The translations under genes and the position numbers were made by a program. From a virus (lineage: Duplodnaviria > Heunggongvirae > Uroviricota > Caudoviricetes), in IMG/VR virus record IMGVR_UViG_2718218135_000001, positions 32,001-96,000 of that record: DNA of 64,000 nt. One strand, written 5' to 3'. Below the pieces are notes generated by a model. It saw nothing but the letters and a program-made list of their open reading frames with translations. It was not told the DNA's origin and searched no databases. Positions 28,673 to 40,360 of the stretch are shown here, piece by piece. Each line of letters starts with the position of its first letter. The stretch's first letter is position 1.

Positions 28673-28697
28673 GGATAAGTAAGTACTAATTTACTAT
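28673..28697. promoter_or_regulatory. TAAGTA-N-TACTTA palindromic box
   Basis: ggataagtaagtactaatttactat between gpM-like and gpL-like genes. Confidence 0.45.
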
Positions 28698-28748
28698 CAT
28701 TGTGGCGCTGACAGGATGTTGGCGCCTTTTTATTTCAAGGAAGAAACA

Positions 28749-29450
28749 ATGGGTATTAAAGCTGATATTCAGAGCTTGTCGCCCTCCGCGCTCATTGAAC
28801 TGTTCGAACTTGATATGTCGAACACCACCTCTGGAGGCAAGCTATATTTCCACGCTGGTACAAACGAGCTGATGGAGCCGGTTGTTTGGCAAGGCGTGTC
28901 CTACGAACCGTGGCCAATCAAAGCGTCAGGCTTTGATAAGACTGGTCAGGGTACTTTGCCTCGTCCAAAAATCCAGGTCTCCAACTTTGCCGGAACTGTC
29001 TCCGCTGAAGTTCAGGCAAACGACGATCTGGTAGGTTGCCGCATCATCCGCAAGATGACACTGGCGCGTTTTCTCGACGAGGCCAACTTCAAAGACGGTA
29101 ATCCAACCGCAGATCCAAATCAGCACTTCCCGGATGAGATGTGGTTCATCGAACAGAAGACTCTCGAAACCCATGAGGTCGTCGAGTTTGAGCTGTCGAG
29201 TGTGTTCGATCTGATGGGCGTGCAGCTGCCGTACCGCCAGATCATCAAAAACACCTGCCCGTGGAAATACCGCGGCCCAGAGTGCGGCTACACCGGCCCA
29301 TATTTCGACAAAAACAACCAGCAAACCACCATGTCTGGCGCGGATTACTGCACGAAACGCTACGACTCATGCAACGCACGGCGCAACTACTTTGCCAATG
29401 GCGTAATCCACTTTGGCGGGTTCATTGGGGCAACGCGTTATGGGCAATAG
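28749..29450 (+). CDS. minor tail protein (lambda gpL-like)
   Basis: conserved Cys cluster CPWKYRGPECGYTG as in lambda L. Confidence 0.8.
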   Translation: MGIKADIQSLSPSALIELFELDMSNTTSGGKLYFHAGTNELMEPVVWQGVSYEPWPIKASGFDKTGQGTLPRPKIQVSNFAGTVSAEVQANDDLVGCRIIRKMTLARFLDEANFKDGNPTADPNQHFPDEMWFIEQKTLETHEVVEFELSSVFDLMGVQLPYRQIIKNTCPWKYRGPECGYTGPYFDKNNQQTTMSGADYCTKRYDSCNARRNYFANGVIHFGGFIGATRYGQ

Positions 29451-29478
29451 AGTATTCCCGGAGCTTGGTTCGGACGTT

Positions 29479-30237
29479 ATGCAGGAAATCTATCTGACAG
29501 CCATTAAACGTTACCCGAACGAAGCGTGTGGCTTTCTGGTGCGTACCACTGGCGAGAAATATCGCTTCATTGAAGCCCGGAACGTGTCGGAGCACCCGGA
29601 AAACACGTTTGTTATGCACGCTGACGACATTATCACTGCGGAAGATGCGGGAGACGTGGTTGCCATCTGGCACTCCCATACTGACGAATCTGCTGATGCG
29701 TCAGACGCCGACCGCGCCGGATGTGAGGCAACGGAAGTTCCGTGGCTGATTCTGGCTGTTCGCAAGAACATCGAGGGCGATGCGCCATTTCACTTCAGTG
29801 AAATGAATGTGATCACCCCAGACGGCTTTGAGATGCCTTATCTGGGCCGACCCTATGTGTTCGGCGTCTTCGACTGCTGGATGCTTTGTCGCGACTATCT
29901 GAAACGAGAGTTTGGTGTCGAGCTGAACCCGAATGCGCATCTGCATATTCCGTTATGGTACACGGGTGATGATGACATTCTCGACCATAACTATCGAAAT
30001 GAAGGGCTTGTGCGTCTTGCGCCAGGGACGGAGCCGCAGCGCGGCGATGTCTTCTTCATCCAGTACGGGAAAATGCCTGATCACTGCGCGGTGTATATCG
30101 GAGACGGCATGATCCTGCATCACCAAATCGACCGCCTGAGTTGTCGCGCTTATTACGGCGGCATGTACCAGAAACATACGACGCACCATCTGCGTCACAG
30201 AGACTTACTCAAGGGTGATGAAAAGTGTCTGAGTTAG
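29479..30237 (+). CDS. tail assembly protein (lambda gpK-like; JAB/MPN plus NlpC/P60-type)
   Basis: HSHTDES metal motif and DCWMLCRDY Cys motif; alternative start 29440. Confidence 0.75.
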   Translation: MQEIYLTAIKRYPNEACGFLVRTTGEKYRFIEARNVSEHPENTFVMHADDIITAEDAGDVVAIWHSHTDESADASDADRAGCEATEVPWLILAVRKNIEGDAPFHFSEMNVITPDGFEMPYLGRPYVFGVFDCWMLCRDYLKREFGVELNPNAHLHIPLWYTGDDDILDHNYRNEGLVRLAPGTEPQRGDVFFIQYGKMPDHCAVYIGDGMILHHQIDRLSCRAYYGGMYQKHTTHHLRHRDLLKGDEKCLS

Positions 30238-30818
30238 TTCATGTGCAACTTGGCGGCCCTATGGCCAAACATTTTGGTCGTCACTGGCATTTGAAAGTTC
30301 GCAACACCAAGCAGGCTCTGGATTTGATTGAGGCTAATCGCCCCGGATTCAAAGCCTGGATGAAGCGAAATCTCAAAACCTACGACAAATACCACATCCA
30401 GATCACCAATAAACAGGGCTACAAGTGGTCTGTGGACGAGAGTGAATATCAGATGATGGGGCAGTCTGACAACATAGCCAAAATCCGCATTACCCCTGTT
30501 CCGCGAGGAAGCGGCGGTTCTGCTTTTGGGTGGTTTCAGACGGTAGTAGGAGCCGCTTTGTTGGTTGTATCGGCGGTAATGATGCCTGCTTTAGCACCTC
30601 TCGGTTTGTCACTGATGATGGGCGGTATAGCGCAAATCATATCTCCGCAAGCCACTAACGAAAGTGTAAGACAGGCAGATAACTCCGACTCGTTCTATTT
30701 CGACGGCCCTCAAAATACAGAAAACCAGGGCAACCCAGTACAACTTATCTATGGCGAGGAAATTCTGGTTGGCTCACAGGTTGTGAGTTCTTCAATCACG
30801 ATTGACCAGCTAATGTAA
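30225..30818 (+). CDS. tail assembly protein (lambda gpI-like)
   Basis: hydrophobic core segment; position between K-like and J-like genes. Confidence 0.7.
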   Translation: MSELVHVQLGGPMAKHFGRHWHLKVRNTKQALDLIEANRPGFKAWMKRNLKTYDKYHIQITNKQGYKWSVDESEYQMMGQSDNIAKIRITPVPRGSGGSAFGWFQTVVGAALLVVSAVMMPALAPLGLSLMMGGIAQIISPQATNESVRQADNSDSFYFDGPQNTENQGNPVQLIYGEEILVGSQVVSSSITIDQLM

Positions 30819-30835
30819 ACAAGGATTTTTTGAAC

Positions 30836-33800
30836 ATGGAACAGTTCAAGAAGAAAAAGTTACCGCTGTTTATTGCCGGTGCGGGTGGTAAAAAAAGTAG
30901 CAAAAGCTCCAGCCGTACACCGGTTGAAGCCGACGATACCGTAAATTCTCGTGCAATGGCCGCTATCCTCGATCTTCTTGGGGAAGGGGTAATTGGCGGC
31001 TTAGTAAATGGCGCAAGATCTATTTTTATCGACGATCTGCCGATTGTAAATGAAGACGGTTCCTCCAACTTCAGCGGAATCACATGGGATTTTCGCGACG
31101 GTTCACAAGACCAGACTCCAATGTCTGGCTTTGATTTCGTTGAAACGCCTAAATCCGTCAATATCCAGTTAAAAAAAACGCATTATGTAACGGTTTCAAT
31201 CGATAACGATGAAGCTGATCGGGTTCGTGTCATCATGAAGTTTCCTTCTTTGCGAAGCATAGATAAAAAAACTGGTGACACGAACGGTACGACTGTTGAG
31301 TACAAGTTCCAGATAGCAAATGGCGACTCAACATTTGTAGATGTGGTCGCGGAAGGTGAAAAAAGCGTTGGCATTAAGCTAACAGCAAAGAAGACCGGCG
31401 TTTATTACCGTAGCTATGAGCTGAAGCTGCCTAAGCCTGGACGAGCATACAAGGTTCGTGTAGTCCGTATTACCGATGATAACAGTAGCCAGTATCTCTA
31501 TAACGATACATGGGTGGATTCAATCGGGGAAATTGTCGATACACCGATGAACTATCCAAACTCTGTTTTGGTTGGATTGAAGGTAAACTCTGAGCAATTC
31601 GGCAGCACCATGCCATCTCGCTCTTATCTGGTGCGTGGCCTAAAAATTCGAGTACCTTCAAACTATAACGAGTCCAGTAACACTTACGCTGGGGTATGGG
31701 ATGGCACTTTTAAGCTGTTGTCTTCTTCGAACCCCGCGTGGATTCTCTTTGATTTGCTGACCAATGCTCGATATGGCCTTGGTCAGTATGTGTCGGAATC
31801 TATGATTGACCTTGGCCAGTTGTACCAGATTGGTCGATATTGTGACGAAGAGGTCGATGATGGCTTTGGTGGCAAAGAGAAACGCTTTGCAATCAATACG
31901 CAGATCACCAGTCGACAGGACGCATACCGGCTAATTCAGGATATTGCTGGAGCATTCCGCGGCATGGTGTTTTGGGCTGGTGGGATGGTTAACATCATGC
32001 AGGATAGCCCATCAGATCCGGTAATGATGTTTACCAACTCTAACGTCAAAGATGGATTGTTTACCTATAAAGGTTCTGCGCGTAAAGATCGCCCATCCGT
32101 TGCGCTCGTAACCTACAACAACAAGGAGGACGGTTATAAGCAAAACATCGAGTACGTTGAAGATCAGGACGCAATGCGCCGTTATGGTGAGCGTAAGACA
32201 GAAGTCGTAGCATTTGGCTGTACAAGCCGAGGGCAGGCTCACCGAGTTGGTTTGTGGCTTTTGTATACCGCCAGAATGGAGTCGGATGTAATTACATTTA
32301 CTGCCGGCTTAGACGCGTCATTTTTGATGCCTGGTGAAACCGTTCTGATTCAGAACAAATATCGCGCAGGCAAACGTAACTCAGGTCGAATTGTGGCGTT
32401 TACCAAAAACAGCGTCACACTCGATGCGCCTGTGTCGTTAGCCAAAGGCGGCTGCTTTATTCGAATACTGAATCAGGAAGGCAAAATCGTTGAACGCGAT
32501 GCTCTTGAAACTGGCGAAAATATAACAAAAGTTACGTTTTCAAAAGCCCTGTCGTCAGCGGAAACGCCTGTTTTGAACGGTGTCTGGACAATTACAGAAC
32601 CAGATCTCGAACCTATGCGCGTTCGCATCGTTAACATCGCTCAGGGGGAAACGTCGGGTAGCTTTGACATCACCGCTGTTGAAAACAATCCGTCTAAATA
32701 TGAGGCGATCGACAATGGTGCAACGCTTATCCCGCAGAATACGACGGTATTGGACCCGACTTACTCCAAGCCGTCTAATTTGCAAATCACTGAAGGGACT
32801 TATCTCTCAAGCCCGGGCAACCTGTCAGTAAAACTGACTGCAACATGGGAAGGGAAATCTCCAGAGTATTGGATCAGTTGGCGACGTTCTGATGCAAACA
32901 ATGTATCGAACTGGCAATCGACGCGTGTAACCGAAGAGCAATACGAAATCGTTAATGTCGCGGAGAATGGACGCTACGACTTCCAACTGTATGCGGTTTC
33001 ATTCAACGGTAAAAAAACAGAAATTATCAGCACCGTCTACAAAGTTCAGGGGACGATGACGCCGCCGGATGCACCGACTGCACTGACGGCCGTGGGCGAC
33101 TACCGCAACGTGATTCTGAATTGGGTTAACCCGGACTCAATCGACCTCGATCACATCAACGTGTATGCATCCCGGACCAACAACCTGGACACTGCAAAAC
33201 TAATTGCCGAAGCAGCCAGTACCACCTTTACGCACGCAGGTCTTGGAGATAGCGAAACTTGGTTCTATTGGGTTCGTGCAGCAAACAAACGCGGAATGTT
33301 GAGCCAGCCGAACTCCAATTTGGGCACTGAGGCGATGACGAAAGATGTTCTGTCTTTCCTGACCGGGAAGATCACTTCTTCGGAATTGGGGCAGGAACTG
33401 CTTGAGGAAATCGACACCAAAGCCTCGCAGGAAGCCGTCGACGCAATCAACAAGCAGATGGAAGAAAGCCTGAAAAGCCTTGATGACAAATTTACTGAGA
33501 CCGATCAACGGATTGAAGAAGCCCAAAACGTTCTTAGAACGGAAGTTTCTAATACTGCCAGCAAGGTGGAAGAGGCTCTTAAGGAGGTTGAAAACTCAAA
33601 TGCCGCATTAATTCAGTTGAAGGAAACTGTTTCAGAGCAGGACAAGGTCGTTGCTGGAGCGGTTGAGGCCGCGAATGCAGCACTGGACAATTCATCGGCT
33701 TTAGTTGCGGAGGAACGTGAGGCACGAGTCGAAGGCGACTTGGCGAACGCGAAAGAAATCGAGGCAATGAAGTCAACTGTAGATAGCAGTTTGGCCACCA

Positions 33801-35413
33801 TTGAAGAGATGAAAAAAACCGTGGCTGAAGTCGAGCACTCCAGTGCCGAAGTGACGACAAACATTGAGGCATTGGCTAAAACAAACATCGATTTAGCTTT
33901 GCGTCAGGATGAAGACCAGCACAAACAGATGGTGAGCAATTCCAGGATCGCCACAACTCAGAAGGCTTTTGCAGATGATATGTCCGCAATGGCTACGAAA
34001 ATGGAAGAGATTAGAGCTGAAATAAATGAGGATATCAGAGCTTCAATCACTGAAGAGACTACGGCTCGTGTAGATGCGGATAATGCTATTGGAAGCAGAA
34101 TCACCAAACTTGAATCAAAGATTAACGATGACATTTCTGCCGCAATTGTGAGTGAACAAGAGGCGCGAGCCAGTGCCGATGAAGCACTTTCAAAAGAAGT
34201 CCTATCGTTACAAGCCAAAGTTGAAGGCGATATTAGTGCCGCTATATCTGAAGAAAAAAACGCCCGAGCAACTGCCGACGAATCTTTGGCACAACAGATA
34301 ACTACATTGAAGAGTCAAACGGGCAAGGATATTAAGGCGGCTGTAGCTGAAGAGACGAAAGCCAGAACTGATGCTGATTCCGCTTTGGCTTCTAATATCA
34401 CTAATCTACAGGCTCAAACGAGCAAAGATATTCATGCTGCGATTACATCTGAAGCGACTGCGCGTACAAGCTCCGACAATGCACTAAGTGGGAGAGTTGA
34501 CACCTTAAAAGCATCAGTAGATGGAAATACAGCAACAATTCAACAACAGGCCACAGCTATTGCTGATACGAACAAGAAGGTATCAACAGCCTGGACGCTG
34601 AAAATGGAAACCTCCACCAGCGGAGGCCAAAAATATGTTGCCGGCATAGCGTTGGGCATCGACACAACAGGTCTATCGCAGTTTTTGGTGCAGGCAGATC
34701 GCTTTGGTTTGGTGAACTCCGTTAATGGGAAAATTACAACGCCATTCGTTATTGATGCCGGTGTGGCTTATATGAACGGAGCTTATATCAAGAACGGCAC
34801 CATTGATAACGCCAAAATAGGCAACTTTATTCAGTCCAACGATTACTCAAGCGGGATGACGGGGTGGCATATTAATAAAAACGGGAACTCAGAGTTTAAC
34901 AATGTAACTGTTAGAGGCACCGTTTACGCAACGAATGGCAAATTCACAGGAGAAATACAGGCTACCAGCGGAACATTCAGAGGCACGGTACAAGCAGATC
35001 ACTTCGTAGGCGATGTCGCTAACATGTATGTGGGCAATGACTTCTCAGTTCGTTACAGCGGCACATATACAATGACATATACAGACTCTTCTTCGTCTGC
35101 ATTGCCCAAAAATATTTATGTGGCAATAAATGTATATACGGGGGGCGTCGGCCCTGTTGCAGCCCAATTTACCTGCAATGGAGTGACGAAGACCGCAACC
35201 ACTGGTAAGGGGGCAACATACAGAGACCCTGATCTTAATTCAACAAGATCTACAGGCGTCGGTGGCACTCTTTACGCTGCTTTTAACAATGTTACCTCAA
35301 GAACTGTTGCTGTTACGGTAAAAGTGACCAGTTCATCACAGACACATATTTATTCGCCCGTGATGCTAATCAGCCGTGGAAGTGGCGCATTTTCCATGTC
35401 GGGCATCAGTTAA
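30836..35413 (+). CDS. tail tip / host-specificity protein (lambda gpJ-like) with inserted coiled-coil repeats
   Basis: 1525 aa at the J position; internal ~33-aa tandem repeats. Confidence 0.85.
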   Translation: MEQFKKKKLPLFIAGAGGKKSSKSSSRTPVEADDTVNSRAMAAILDLLGEGVIGGLVNGARSIFIDDLPIVNEDGSSNFSGITWDFRDGSQDQTPMSGFDFVETPKSVNIQLKKTHYVTVSIDNDEADRVRVIMKFPSLRSIDKKTGDTNGTTVEYKFQIANGDSTFVDVVAEGEKSVGIKLTAKKTGVYYRSYELKLPKPGRAYKVRVVRITDDNSSQYLYNDTWVDSIGEIVDTPMNYPNSVLVGLKVNSEQFGSTMPSRSYLVRGLKIRVPSNYNESSNTYAGVWDGTFKLLSSSNPAWILFDLLTNARYGLGQYVSESMIDLGQLYQIGRYCDEEVDDGFGGKEKRFAINTQITSRQDAYRLIQDIAGAFRGMVFWAGGMVNIMQDSPSDPVMMFTNSNVKDGLFTYKGSARKDRPSVALVTYNNKEDGYKQNIEYVEDQDAMRRYGERKTEVVAFGCTSRGQAHRVGLWLLYTARMESDVITFTAGLDASFLMPGETVLIQNKYRAGKRNSGRIVAFTKNSVTLDAPVSLAKGGCFIRILNQEGKIVERDALETGENITKVTFSKALSSAETPVLNGVWTITEPDLEPMRVRIVNIAQGETSGSFDITAVENNPSKYEAIDNGATLIPQNTTVLDPTYSKPSNLQITEGTYLSSPGNLSVKLTATWEGKSPEYWISWRRSDANNVSNWQSTRVTEEQYEIVNVAENGRYDFQLYAVSFNGKKTEIISTVYKVQGTMTPPDAPTALTAVGDYRNVILNWVNPDSIDLDHINVYASRTNNLDTAKLIAEAASTTFTHAGLGDSETWFYWVRAANKRGMLSQPNSNLGTEAMTKDVLSFLTGKITSSELGQELLEEIDTKASQEAVDAINKQMEESLKSLDDKFTETDQRIEEAQNVLRTEVSNTASKVEEALKEVENSNAALIQLKETVSEQDKVVAGAVEAANAALDNSSALVAEEREARVEGDLANAKEIEAMKSTVDSSLATIEEMKKTVAEVEHSSAEVTTNIEALAKTNIDLALRQDEDQHKQMVSNSRIATTQKAFADDMSAMATKMEEIRAEINEDIRASITEETTARVDADNAIGSRITKLESKINDDISAAIVSEQEARASADEALSKEVLSLQAKVEGDISAAISEEKNARATADESLAQQITTLKSQTGKDIKAAVAEETKARTDADSALASNITNLQAQTSKDIHAAITSEATARTSSDNALSGRVDTLKASVDGNTATIQQQATAIADTNKKVSTAWTLKMETSTSGGQKYVAGIALGIDTTGLSQFLVQADRFGLVNSVNGKITTPFVIDAGVAYMNGAYIKNGTIDNAKIGNFIQSNDYSSGMTGWHINKNGNSEFNNVTVRGTVYATNGKFTGEIQATSGTFRGTVQADHFVGDVANMYVGNDFSVRYSGTYTMTYTDSSSSALPKNIYVAINVYTGGVGPVAAQFTCNGVTKTATTGKGATYRDPDLNSTRSTGVGGTLYAAFNNVTSRTVAVTVKVTSSSQTHIYSPVMLISRGSGAFSMSGIS

Positions 35414-35481
35414 TTGATAGGAATAATGAGCAGCAATGTATATAGCGTGTTTTCTTAGTGCAAAAGGATTTTGTATCATGG

Positions 35482-35504
35482 ATAATAAGTAAGTATATAC
35501 CTAT
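35482..35504. promoter_or_regulatory. TAAGTA-N-TACTTA palindromic box
   Basis: ataataagtaagtatatacctat upstream of the tail fibre gene. Confidence 0.45.
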
Positions 35505-35548
35505 TTGTGTGGGCAGGGACGCCCACACTTCAAGGAGTGAAAAAGAAC

Positions 35549-38500
35549 ATGTGGTACAGGGAAGGCACTGTTACATTTACAAAAGGAAGCGACACAATAT
35601 CAGGCATCGGAACACGTTGGAATTTGACCGAAAACGGCGTGTTACCGGGCATGATTGTCATTGGTCCTGACAATAAGTTGTATGAGGTCAAGCGCGTAAC
35701 CAGTGATAAGGTCATTGTTCTCTCAGAACCTTATACCGGCGAAACTCAATCTAAAGTTCCGTGCCGAATCATTACGACCTATGAAGGCGACTTAACTCAG
35801 TTTAGTGCGCGCTTTACTGCACTAATGTCGCGTATGTCGGCTGATTCCAAGTCCATGCGCAGTTGGTTGACCGCTCTGGATGATGTGACAATCGAGCGTG
35901 AAGACGGTACAGAAGTGACCGTTAAGCCGCTAATGCAGATCGTCAACGAGCATAACGAAAACGTTGAGTGGTATAAAAATAACACCGATGCGATTGAGGC
36001 CGCTGGAGACAAAGCTCGGGAGGCGGCGGCCAGTGCTGTCGCTGCGGCAGAAAGTGCCAACACTGCTGTAGAAAAAGCCTCTCAGGCATCTCAAAGTGCA
36101 TCCGCTGCGGTATCTTCACAAAGTGCGGCGAGTGAGAGTGCAGCTGCTGCGGAAAAATCTGAAACAAACGCAGAAGCGGCAAAAGAAGCGGCAGCAGAAT
36201 CAGCATCTGTGGCGTCGACTAAAGCATCGGAGGCAGCCACATCAGCGTCCAGTGCCTCTGCATCTAAGGATGCGGCTAAATTATCAGAGACTAACGCTTC
36301 ATCGAGTGCAAACGCGGCAGCATCATCAGCTACAGAAGCTGCAAATTCATGTAAGGCAGCAAAAGCATCAGAGACAAACGCAAAAGCGTCTGAAGCTGCT
36401 GCCGAACAGAGTGCATTGTCTGCAAACAGTTCGAAATCTGCGGCAGAAACGTCAGCGAGCGCGGCCTCAGTAAGCGCGGATAGTGCTTCATCAAGTGCAA
36501 CGTCGGCAGAAAAGTCTGCGGAAAGCGCTTCGTTATCTGCGGCAAATGCCACCGCTAAAGCGACAGAGGCGACGAAACAGGCAACAGCTGCGGAAAAGTC
36601 AGCAGAGGCGGCAAAATCTTCTGAAACCAATGCAAAGACTTCAGAAGACAATGCCGCTGCTTCTAAGGAGACAGCAGCCGAATCTGCAAGCTCTGCCTCT
36701 GTTTCAGCTTCCTCGGCGTCATCTTCAAAAGATGAGGCCGCTCGCCAGGCGTCAGCGGCAGCAGAGAGTGCGACAACGGCATCAACGAAGGCGACGGAAG
36801 CGGCAGACAGTGCGACGGAGGCTGCGCAGAGCAAAAATGCGGCAGAATCCGCGGCAACACGCTCTGAGACAGCGGCAAAACGAGCTGAGGATATTGCATC
36901 CGCCGTGGCGCTTGAGGATGCGAGCACGACGAAAAAGGGGGTAGTACAGCTCAGCAGTGCGACCAACAGCACGTCTGAAACGCTGGCGGCAACGCCAAAA
37001 GCCGTTAAGGCCGCGTATGACCTGGCTAACGGGAAATACACCGCACAGGATGCAACGACAGCACAGAAAGGGATAATCCAGCTAAGCAGCGCGACCAACA
37101 GCACGTCTGAAACGCTTGCCGCGACACCAAAGGCAGTAAAAGCAGCCAATGACAATGCTGAGAAACGTCTGCAGAAAGATCAGAACGGTGCGGATATCCC
37201 TGGCAAAGATACCTTTACGAAAAATATTGGTGCCTGCCGTGCCTTCGGTGGGTCAGTAAGCACAACAACAGGAAACTGGACGACTGCACAGTTTATCGAG
37301 TGGCTGGATTCTCAGGGAGCATTTAACCATCCATACTGGATGTGCAAGGGTTCCTGGTCTTATGGCAATAATAAAATCATTACTGATACTGACTGCGGTA
37401 ATATTCATCTCGCCGGAGCTGTCATTGAAGTAATGGGGATAAAGTCAGCGATGACGATCCGCATTACCACACCGACCACCTCCACTGGTGGTGGAACAAC
37501 TAACGCCCAGTTTACCTATATTAATCACGGAACAGATTATTCACCTGGCTGGCGAAGGGACTATAACTCCAGAAATAAGCCAACGGCATCAGAGATCGGG
37601 GCGTTACCGTCAGGTGGAACAGCAGTATCATCAGTTAATCTGGCTTCAAAAGGTCGGGTAACCGCGCTGACAGACAATACGCAGGGGGCAGCAGGTCTTG
37701 AGTTATACGAGGTGTATAACAACGGATATCCAACAGCGTATGGAAATATCATTCACCTGAAAGGGATGACAGCCGTTGGCGAAGGTGAGTTACTCATCGG
37801 CTGGAGTGGTACAAGCGGTGCTCATGCTCCGGCATTTATTCGTTCACGACGGGATACGACCGACGCAAACTGGTCGCCGTGGGCGCAGCTTTACACCTCG
37901 GCTCATCCTCCTGCAGAGTTTTATCCAGTCGGTGCACCAATCCCGTGGCCATCAGATACCGTTCCGTCTGGCTATGCCCTGATGCAGGGGCAGACTTTTG
38001 ACAAATCTGCATACCCGAAACTTGCAGTTGCTTATCCGTCAGGCGTGATCCCTGATATGCGTGGCTGGACGATTAAGGGCAAGCCCGCCAGTGGTCGGGC
38101 CGTATTATCTCAGGAACAGGACGGCATTAAATCGCACACCCACAGCGCCAGCGCATCCAGTACGGATTTGGGGACGAAAACCACATCGTCGTTTGATTAC
38201 GGAACCAAATCCACGAATAACACCGGGGCGCATACCCATAGTATTAGCGGGACCGCAAATAGTGCCGGTGCGCACCAACACAAGAGTTCCGGTGCATTTG
38301 GTGGCACGAACACGAGCATTTTCCCTAATGGTTATACCGCGATTTCAAATCTAAGCGCGGGGATTATGAGCACAACAAGCGGTAGTGGCCAGACTCGTAA
38401 TGCAGGGAAGACATCATCAGATGGTGCTCATACCCACTCGCTGTCCGGCACAGCTGCATCTGCAGGTGCACACGCACATACTGTCGGTATTGGTGCTCAT

Positions 38501-38614
38501 ACGCACTCGGTTGCGATTGGCTCACATGGACACACCATCACCGTTAACGCTGCTGGTAACGCGGAAAACACCGTCAAAAACATCGCATTTAACTATATTG
38601 TGAGGCTTGCATAA
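35549..38614 (+). CDS. side tail fibre protein
   Basis: two copies of tail-fibre repeat [21 protein letters not shown]; long A/S/E-rich shaft; C-terminal HxH motifs. Confidence 0.8.
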   Translation: MWYREGTVTFTKGSDTISGIGTRWNLTENGVLPGMIVIGPDNKLYEVKRVTSDKVIVLSEPYTGETQSKVPCRIITTYEGDLTQFSARFTALMSRMSADSKSMRSWLTALDDVTIEREDGTEVTVKPLMQIVNEHNENVEWYKNNTDAIEAAGDKAREAAASAVAAAESANTAVEKASQASQSASAAVSSQSAASESAAAAEKSETNAEAAKEAAAESASVASTKASEAATSASSASASKDAAKLSETNASSSANAAASSATEAANSCKAAKASETNAKASEAAAEQSALSANSSKSAAETSASAASVSADSASSSATSAEKSAESASLSAANATAKATEATKQATAAEKSAEAAKSSETNAKTSEDNAAASKETAAESASSASVSASSASSSKDEAARQASAAAESATTASTKATEAADSATEAAQSKNAAESAATRSETAAKRAEDIASAVALEDASTTKKGVVQLSSATNSTSETLAATPKAVKAAYDLANGKYTAQDATTAQKGIIQLSSATNSTSETLAATPKAVKAANDNAEKRLQKDQNGADIPGKDTFTKNIGACRAFGGSVSTTTGNWTTAQFIEWLDSQGAFNHPYWMCKGSWSYGNNKIITDTDCGNIHLAGAVIEVMGIKSAMTIRITTPTTSTGGGTTNAQFTYINHGTDYSPGWRRDYNSRNKPTASEIGALPSGGTAVSSVNLASKGRVTALTDNTQGAAGLELYEVYNNGYPTAYGNIIHLKGMTAVGEGELLIGWSGTSGAHAPAFIRSRRDTTDANWSPWAQLYTSAHPPAEFYPVGAPIPWPSDTVPSGYALMQGQTFDKSAYPKLAVAYPSGVIPDMRGWTIKGKPASGRAVLSQEQDGIKSHTHSASASSTDLGTKTTSSFDYGTKSTNNTGAHTHSISGTANSAGAHQHKSSGAFGGTNTSIFPNGYTAISNLSAGIMSTTSGSGQTRNAGKTSSDGAHTHSLSGTAASAGAHAHTVGIGAHTHSVAIGSHGHTITVNAAGNAENTVKNIAFNYIVRLA

Positions 38615-39195
38615 TGGCATTCAGAATGAGTGAACAACCACGGACCATAAAAATTTATAATCTGCTGTCCGGAACTAATGAATTTATTGGTGAAGGTGAT
38701 GCATATATTCCGCCTCATACAGGTCTGCCAGCAAACAGTACCGATATTGCACCGCCAGATATTCCGGCAGGCTTCGTGGCTGTTTTCAACAGTGATGAGG
38801 CATCGTGGCATCTCGTTGAAGATCATCGGGGAAAAACCGTCTATGACGTGGCTTCCGGCGACGCGTTATTTATTTCTGAACTCGGTCCGTTACCGGAAAA
38901 TGTTACCTGGTTATCACCGGATGGGGAATATCAGAAGTGGGACGGCACATCCTGGGAGAAGGATGAGGAAACAGAAAAATTGTTTCAGGTACGGGAAGCG
39001 GAAGAAACAAAAAAAAGTCTGATGCAGGTAGCCAGCGAGCACATTGCGCCACTTCAGGATGCTGTAGATTTGGAGATTGCAACGGAGGAAGAAGCATCGT
39101 TGCTGACTGCATGGAAGAAGTATAGAGTTTTATTGAACCGCATTGACACATCAACGGCACCGGATATTGACTGGCCAACAATACCAGCAGAGTAA
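38614..39195 (+). CDS. tail fibre assembly protein (Tfa-like)
   Basis: 193 aa directly after fibre gene, TAATG overlap. Confidence 0.75.
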   Translation: MAFRMSEQPRTIKIYNLLSGTNEFIGEGDAYIPPHTGLPANSTDIAPPDIPAGFVAVFNSDEASWHLVEDHRGKTVYDVASGDALFISELGPLPENVTWLSPDGEYQKWDGTSWEKDEETEKLFQVREAEETKKSLMQVASEHIAPLQDAVDLEIATEEEASLLTAWKKYRVLLNRIDTSTAPDIDWPTIPAE

Positions 39196-39244
39196 GGGGC
39201 AGATTATATCTGCATTATTAACAACGATTAGTTTGCAAGATATA

Positions 39245-39267
39245 TAGTAGGTAAGTACATACCTACT
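39245..39267. promoter_or_regulatory. TAAGTA-N-TACTTA palindromic box
   Basis: tagtaggtaagtacatacctact after Tfa, before lysis cassette. Confidence 0.5.
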
Positions 39268-39328
39268 GCAAATGGTTAAAATATGATATAAACACGCCAT
39301 CCCGATTTGACTTTTCATGGAGGAAAAC

Positions 39329-39652
39329 ATGTCGAACGAGATGGCGGGAGTCACAACTGAACAGGTTGAGCGCATCGTCTCAATCGTTGCTCGGGAAGTC
39401 GTAGGCAAATTAGGTAAAGAAATACGCGAGGAAATTGGTCAGGAGGTCAATGACCAGCTCAAAACCTACTTTGGCGATATGACGCCCGCACAACACAGCA
39501 TTCAGCACTCCAATCTGGACAAACTTCTTAACCGGCTCGACACCATCTCCAGTGGGTTCTTTGGCGGCATTGTTTCGAAACTAACGTCGTTCATTATTAC
39601 CGTACTGCTTTTAGGATTGGCCGCGTATGGCGTAAAAAATGGATTGCAATAA
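39329..39652 (+). CDS. small membrane protein, possible holin
   Basis: single C-terminal hydrophobic segment; GGAGGA RBS; alternative start 39317. Confidence 0.4.
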   Translation: MSNEMAGVTTEQVERIVSIVAREVVGKLGKEIREEIGQEVNDQLKTYFGDMTPAQHSIQHSNLDKLLNRLDTISSGFFGGIVSKLTSFIITVLLLGLAAYGVKNGLQ

Positions 39653-39665
39653 CAGGAGATCAAGG

Positions 39666-40358
39666 ATGAAAACTCCGAGAGGCATTCGTAATAACAACCC
39701 CGGTAATCTTGATAAAGGAGCGCCGTGGCAGGGCTTAGTCAACAACTCTTCAGAACCGCGCTTCTGCACGTTTAAAGACCCCGTGTGGGGGATTCGGGCA
39801 TTGGCAGTGACACTCATTACTTACCACGACAAGCGCCGCGCAAAAGATGGCTCCAGCATTGATACGATCCGCGAAGTCATCGAACGCTGGGCGCCTCCAC
39901 ATGAGAACAACACTTTGGCTTATGTGAACGAGGTATCCAAAGCCGTTGGAGTAGCACCAGATATGATTATCGATCTGCATGACTACGAGACCTTAAGACC
40001 GCTGGTAGAGGCGATCATTAGACATGAAAATGGCCGAGGTCCGCTGAAAACCCCCAATAGCTGGTATACACCAGAACTTATCGAAGAAGGGCTGCGACGT
40101 GCCGGCATTGTCAAACCGGTAAAGGCTGTAAAAGCCGTTCCTGTAACAAAAGAAACCACAGGTGCTACAGTCACTGCAGGTATTGGCCTTGCACAAATTG
40201 CTGACGTTATGCCTCAAGTTTCTGCCGCAATGGATAAAGCGCAAGGCAATATCTCCAGTGGAGATACGGTACGCATCATCTTTGGCGTAGCTACCATTCT
40301 TGTGGCAGCATTCATTGCCTGGTCCCAGGTTCGCAAGCACCAGAAAGGATTAGTATAA
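39666..40358 (+). CDS. lysis-cassette protein with C-terminal membrane anchor (possible cell-wall hydrolase)
   Basis: GIRNNNPGNL motif, C-terminal TM helix; function not resolved. Confidence 0.4.
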   Translation: MKTPRGIRNNNPGNLDKGAPWQGLVNNSSEPRFCTFKDPVWGIRALAVTLITYHDKRRAKDGSSIDTIREVIERWAPPHENNTLAYVNEVSKAVGVAPDMIIDLHDYETLRPLVEAIIRHENGRGPLKTPNSWYTPELIEEGLRRAGIVKPVKAVKAVPVTKETTGATVTAGIGLAQIADVMPQVSAAMDKAQGNISSGDTVRIIFGVATILVAAFIAWSQVRKHQKGLV

Positions 40359-40360
40359 GT

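Noticed and set aside
35797-37155. Several long ORFs in both strands within the tail-fibre gene (for example 36091-37155 minus, 354 aa)
   Set aside because: Generated by the GC-rich Ala/Ser-codon repeat of the fibre shaft; translations are pure low complexity.
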